The notes under the pieces: model-generated
The model's database searches: none
Seen by the model: the letters and a program-made list of their open reading frames with translations, nothing else
What the model was told of the DNA's origin: nothing
Shown here: positions 62,781 through 64,000 of the stretch, one piece after another
Numbering within the stretch: the first letter of the stretch is position 1
Layout: every line of letters starts with the position of its first letter
Source of the DNA: Marsupella aquatica
Taxonomy: Eukaryota; Plantae; Marchantiophyta
NCBI GenBank assembly: GCA_973895155.1
Contig: OZ316892.1
Coordinates: 7,733,251-7,797,250 of the forward strand
Direction: 5' to 3'
DNA: 64,000 nt
Position numbers and translations under genes: made by a program

Positions 62781-64000
62781 TTAGTTTGGACAAACAAGAT
62801 GCTATGGAGGCATGCGAGGAACAAATTGGGCGCTAACCAGGGACATTCAAAATGGTCCCCCAAAAACCCTAAACATGGAGGCCGGGTACGAGTCAAAACC
62901 TGCCCCACTCTTGTATATACCCCATCCAAAACTCTTGCCATGTCTCAAATATGTAGACTACCCAATTGAGTACCCCCTAATTTGAAATGGGTGCCACGTG
63001 TCCCAATCCGATGGTGACACGTGTATACCTTGTTTTCTCGTAAGATATTACCCTATCTTTCCTCAACCCATTCCGCGGACATTGAACCCCCCGCAAACAA
63101 CCCTATCATTCTTTAAAGTGTATTTATGATTATATTGACCCCTATTGTTCTTACACAAATCTTCTTAAGTCTTTCCTATAATCTAATAAAACGACCCTAT
63201 ACTTTCTCGCACGTGATGTGCCGTTTTCGCGAAGTGAGACCCCCGAGGCAAGAAGATGCTTGAGCGAGAACAAATGAGCGGAAAGATTGAGTCAAGACTC
63301 TCCTAATTATGGTTTCTCCCTGACCGTGGTCAGTTTCTAACCACAGTTTCATTGTAGTCGGTTAAAAGTTACCATTAAAAAGAATCTTCTGGGAATATTC
63401 TTGATGGGTAAACCGACCTCATCCCTTTTACTGCGTTTGCTTTGTTTTTTCTCATTTGGTCCGTCACTATGTTTCCAGACCAAAGGTTTTGTAGATGAGT
63501 GAGCCATTTGGAAATGGATTGAGAATTACGGAGACGTCTCGCTCACTTCCAGATTGAGTATTGTAAATTAAATGTTGAAAGGAATGGAGAGAAACTAATG
63601 ACCTTGGGCTGGGTTCACAGTTAGCTAAGACAAGGAGAATATAGATAATGAAGCTGAGGATGGAAAGGATCCAAGATTGAAGTTGATCTAGACAAATTAG
63701 GCAGCTTCAATGATTCATTTGTGAAGGTAGCTAGATGAGATTCAGAATTAGAAGGAAGTGAGATGGGCACTAGTAAAGAGATGCAAATTGCTTCATCTCC
63801 CAGGTTACTTGGTGAGCCCATTTGGGGCTTTGTCTTCCAGGTTGTCCCATGACCCCATACATGCTCTGTTCACATGATCATAGCAAACACATGTGGGCAT
63901 GCACATAACTTTGATCCAGCACAAGACCTTTTAGGGACTCATTTTCTGATTAAATTTAGGAATTGCTAAACGGAAATAGGAGGATGGGGTCCCTGAACTA

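Larger units (their letters stand above)
52929..63247 (-). mobile_element. 10,319-bp P-element-superfamily-like DNA transposon
   Basis: Perfect 15-bp TIR CTCGGGGGTCTCACT / AGTGAGACCCCCGAG. Perfect 8-bp TSD GCAAGAAG at 52921-52928 and 63248-63255. It contains a DDE transposase with a DxxH motif. Confidence 0.9.

Overview
Eukaryotic land-plant genomic DNA with spliceosomal introns. The bifunctional diterpene synthase and TE content suggest a non-seed plant such as a liverwort, which is an inference. There are two host genes, both on the minus strand: an 8-exon PRP31 (223-5856) and a multi-exon class II/class I diterpene synthase (39068-45673/46177). Each has a tandemly duplicated first coding exon. 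Most of the rest is transposon. (1) A 23.1-kb Sola1-type DNA transposon (10483-33624; 19-bp TIRs, ATAT target duplication) is nested in a Helitron-like repeat. It carries a decayed DDD transposase plus cargo: two F-box-like ORFs, a long spliced ParB-like / methyltransferase-like / charged-coil / Ulp1 SUMO protease gene, an FCP1-like phosphatase and an RPL23 retrocopy. It is studded with about 25 copies of the palindrome CGGAAC-nnn-GTTCCG in introns and promoters. (2) A 10.3-kb P-element-like transposon (52929-63247; perfect 15-bp TIRs, perfect 8-bp TSD) carries an EDM2-like PHD-finger ORF and is accompanied by several 8-bp-TSD MITEs with shared or similar ends. The most interesting hypothesis is that both large elements carry their own chromatin or anti-silencing toolkits. 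All protein-family calls are motif recognition by eye; no searches were run.
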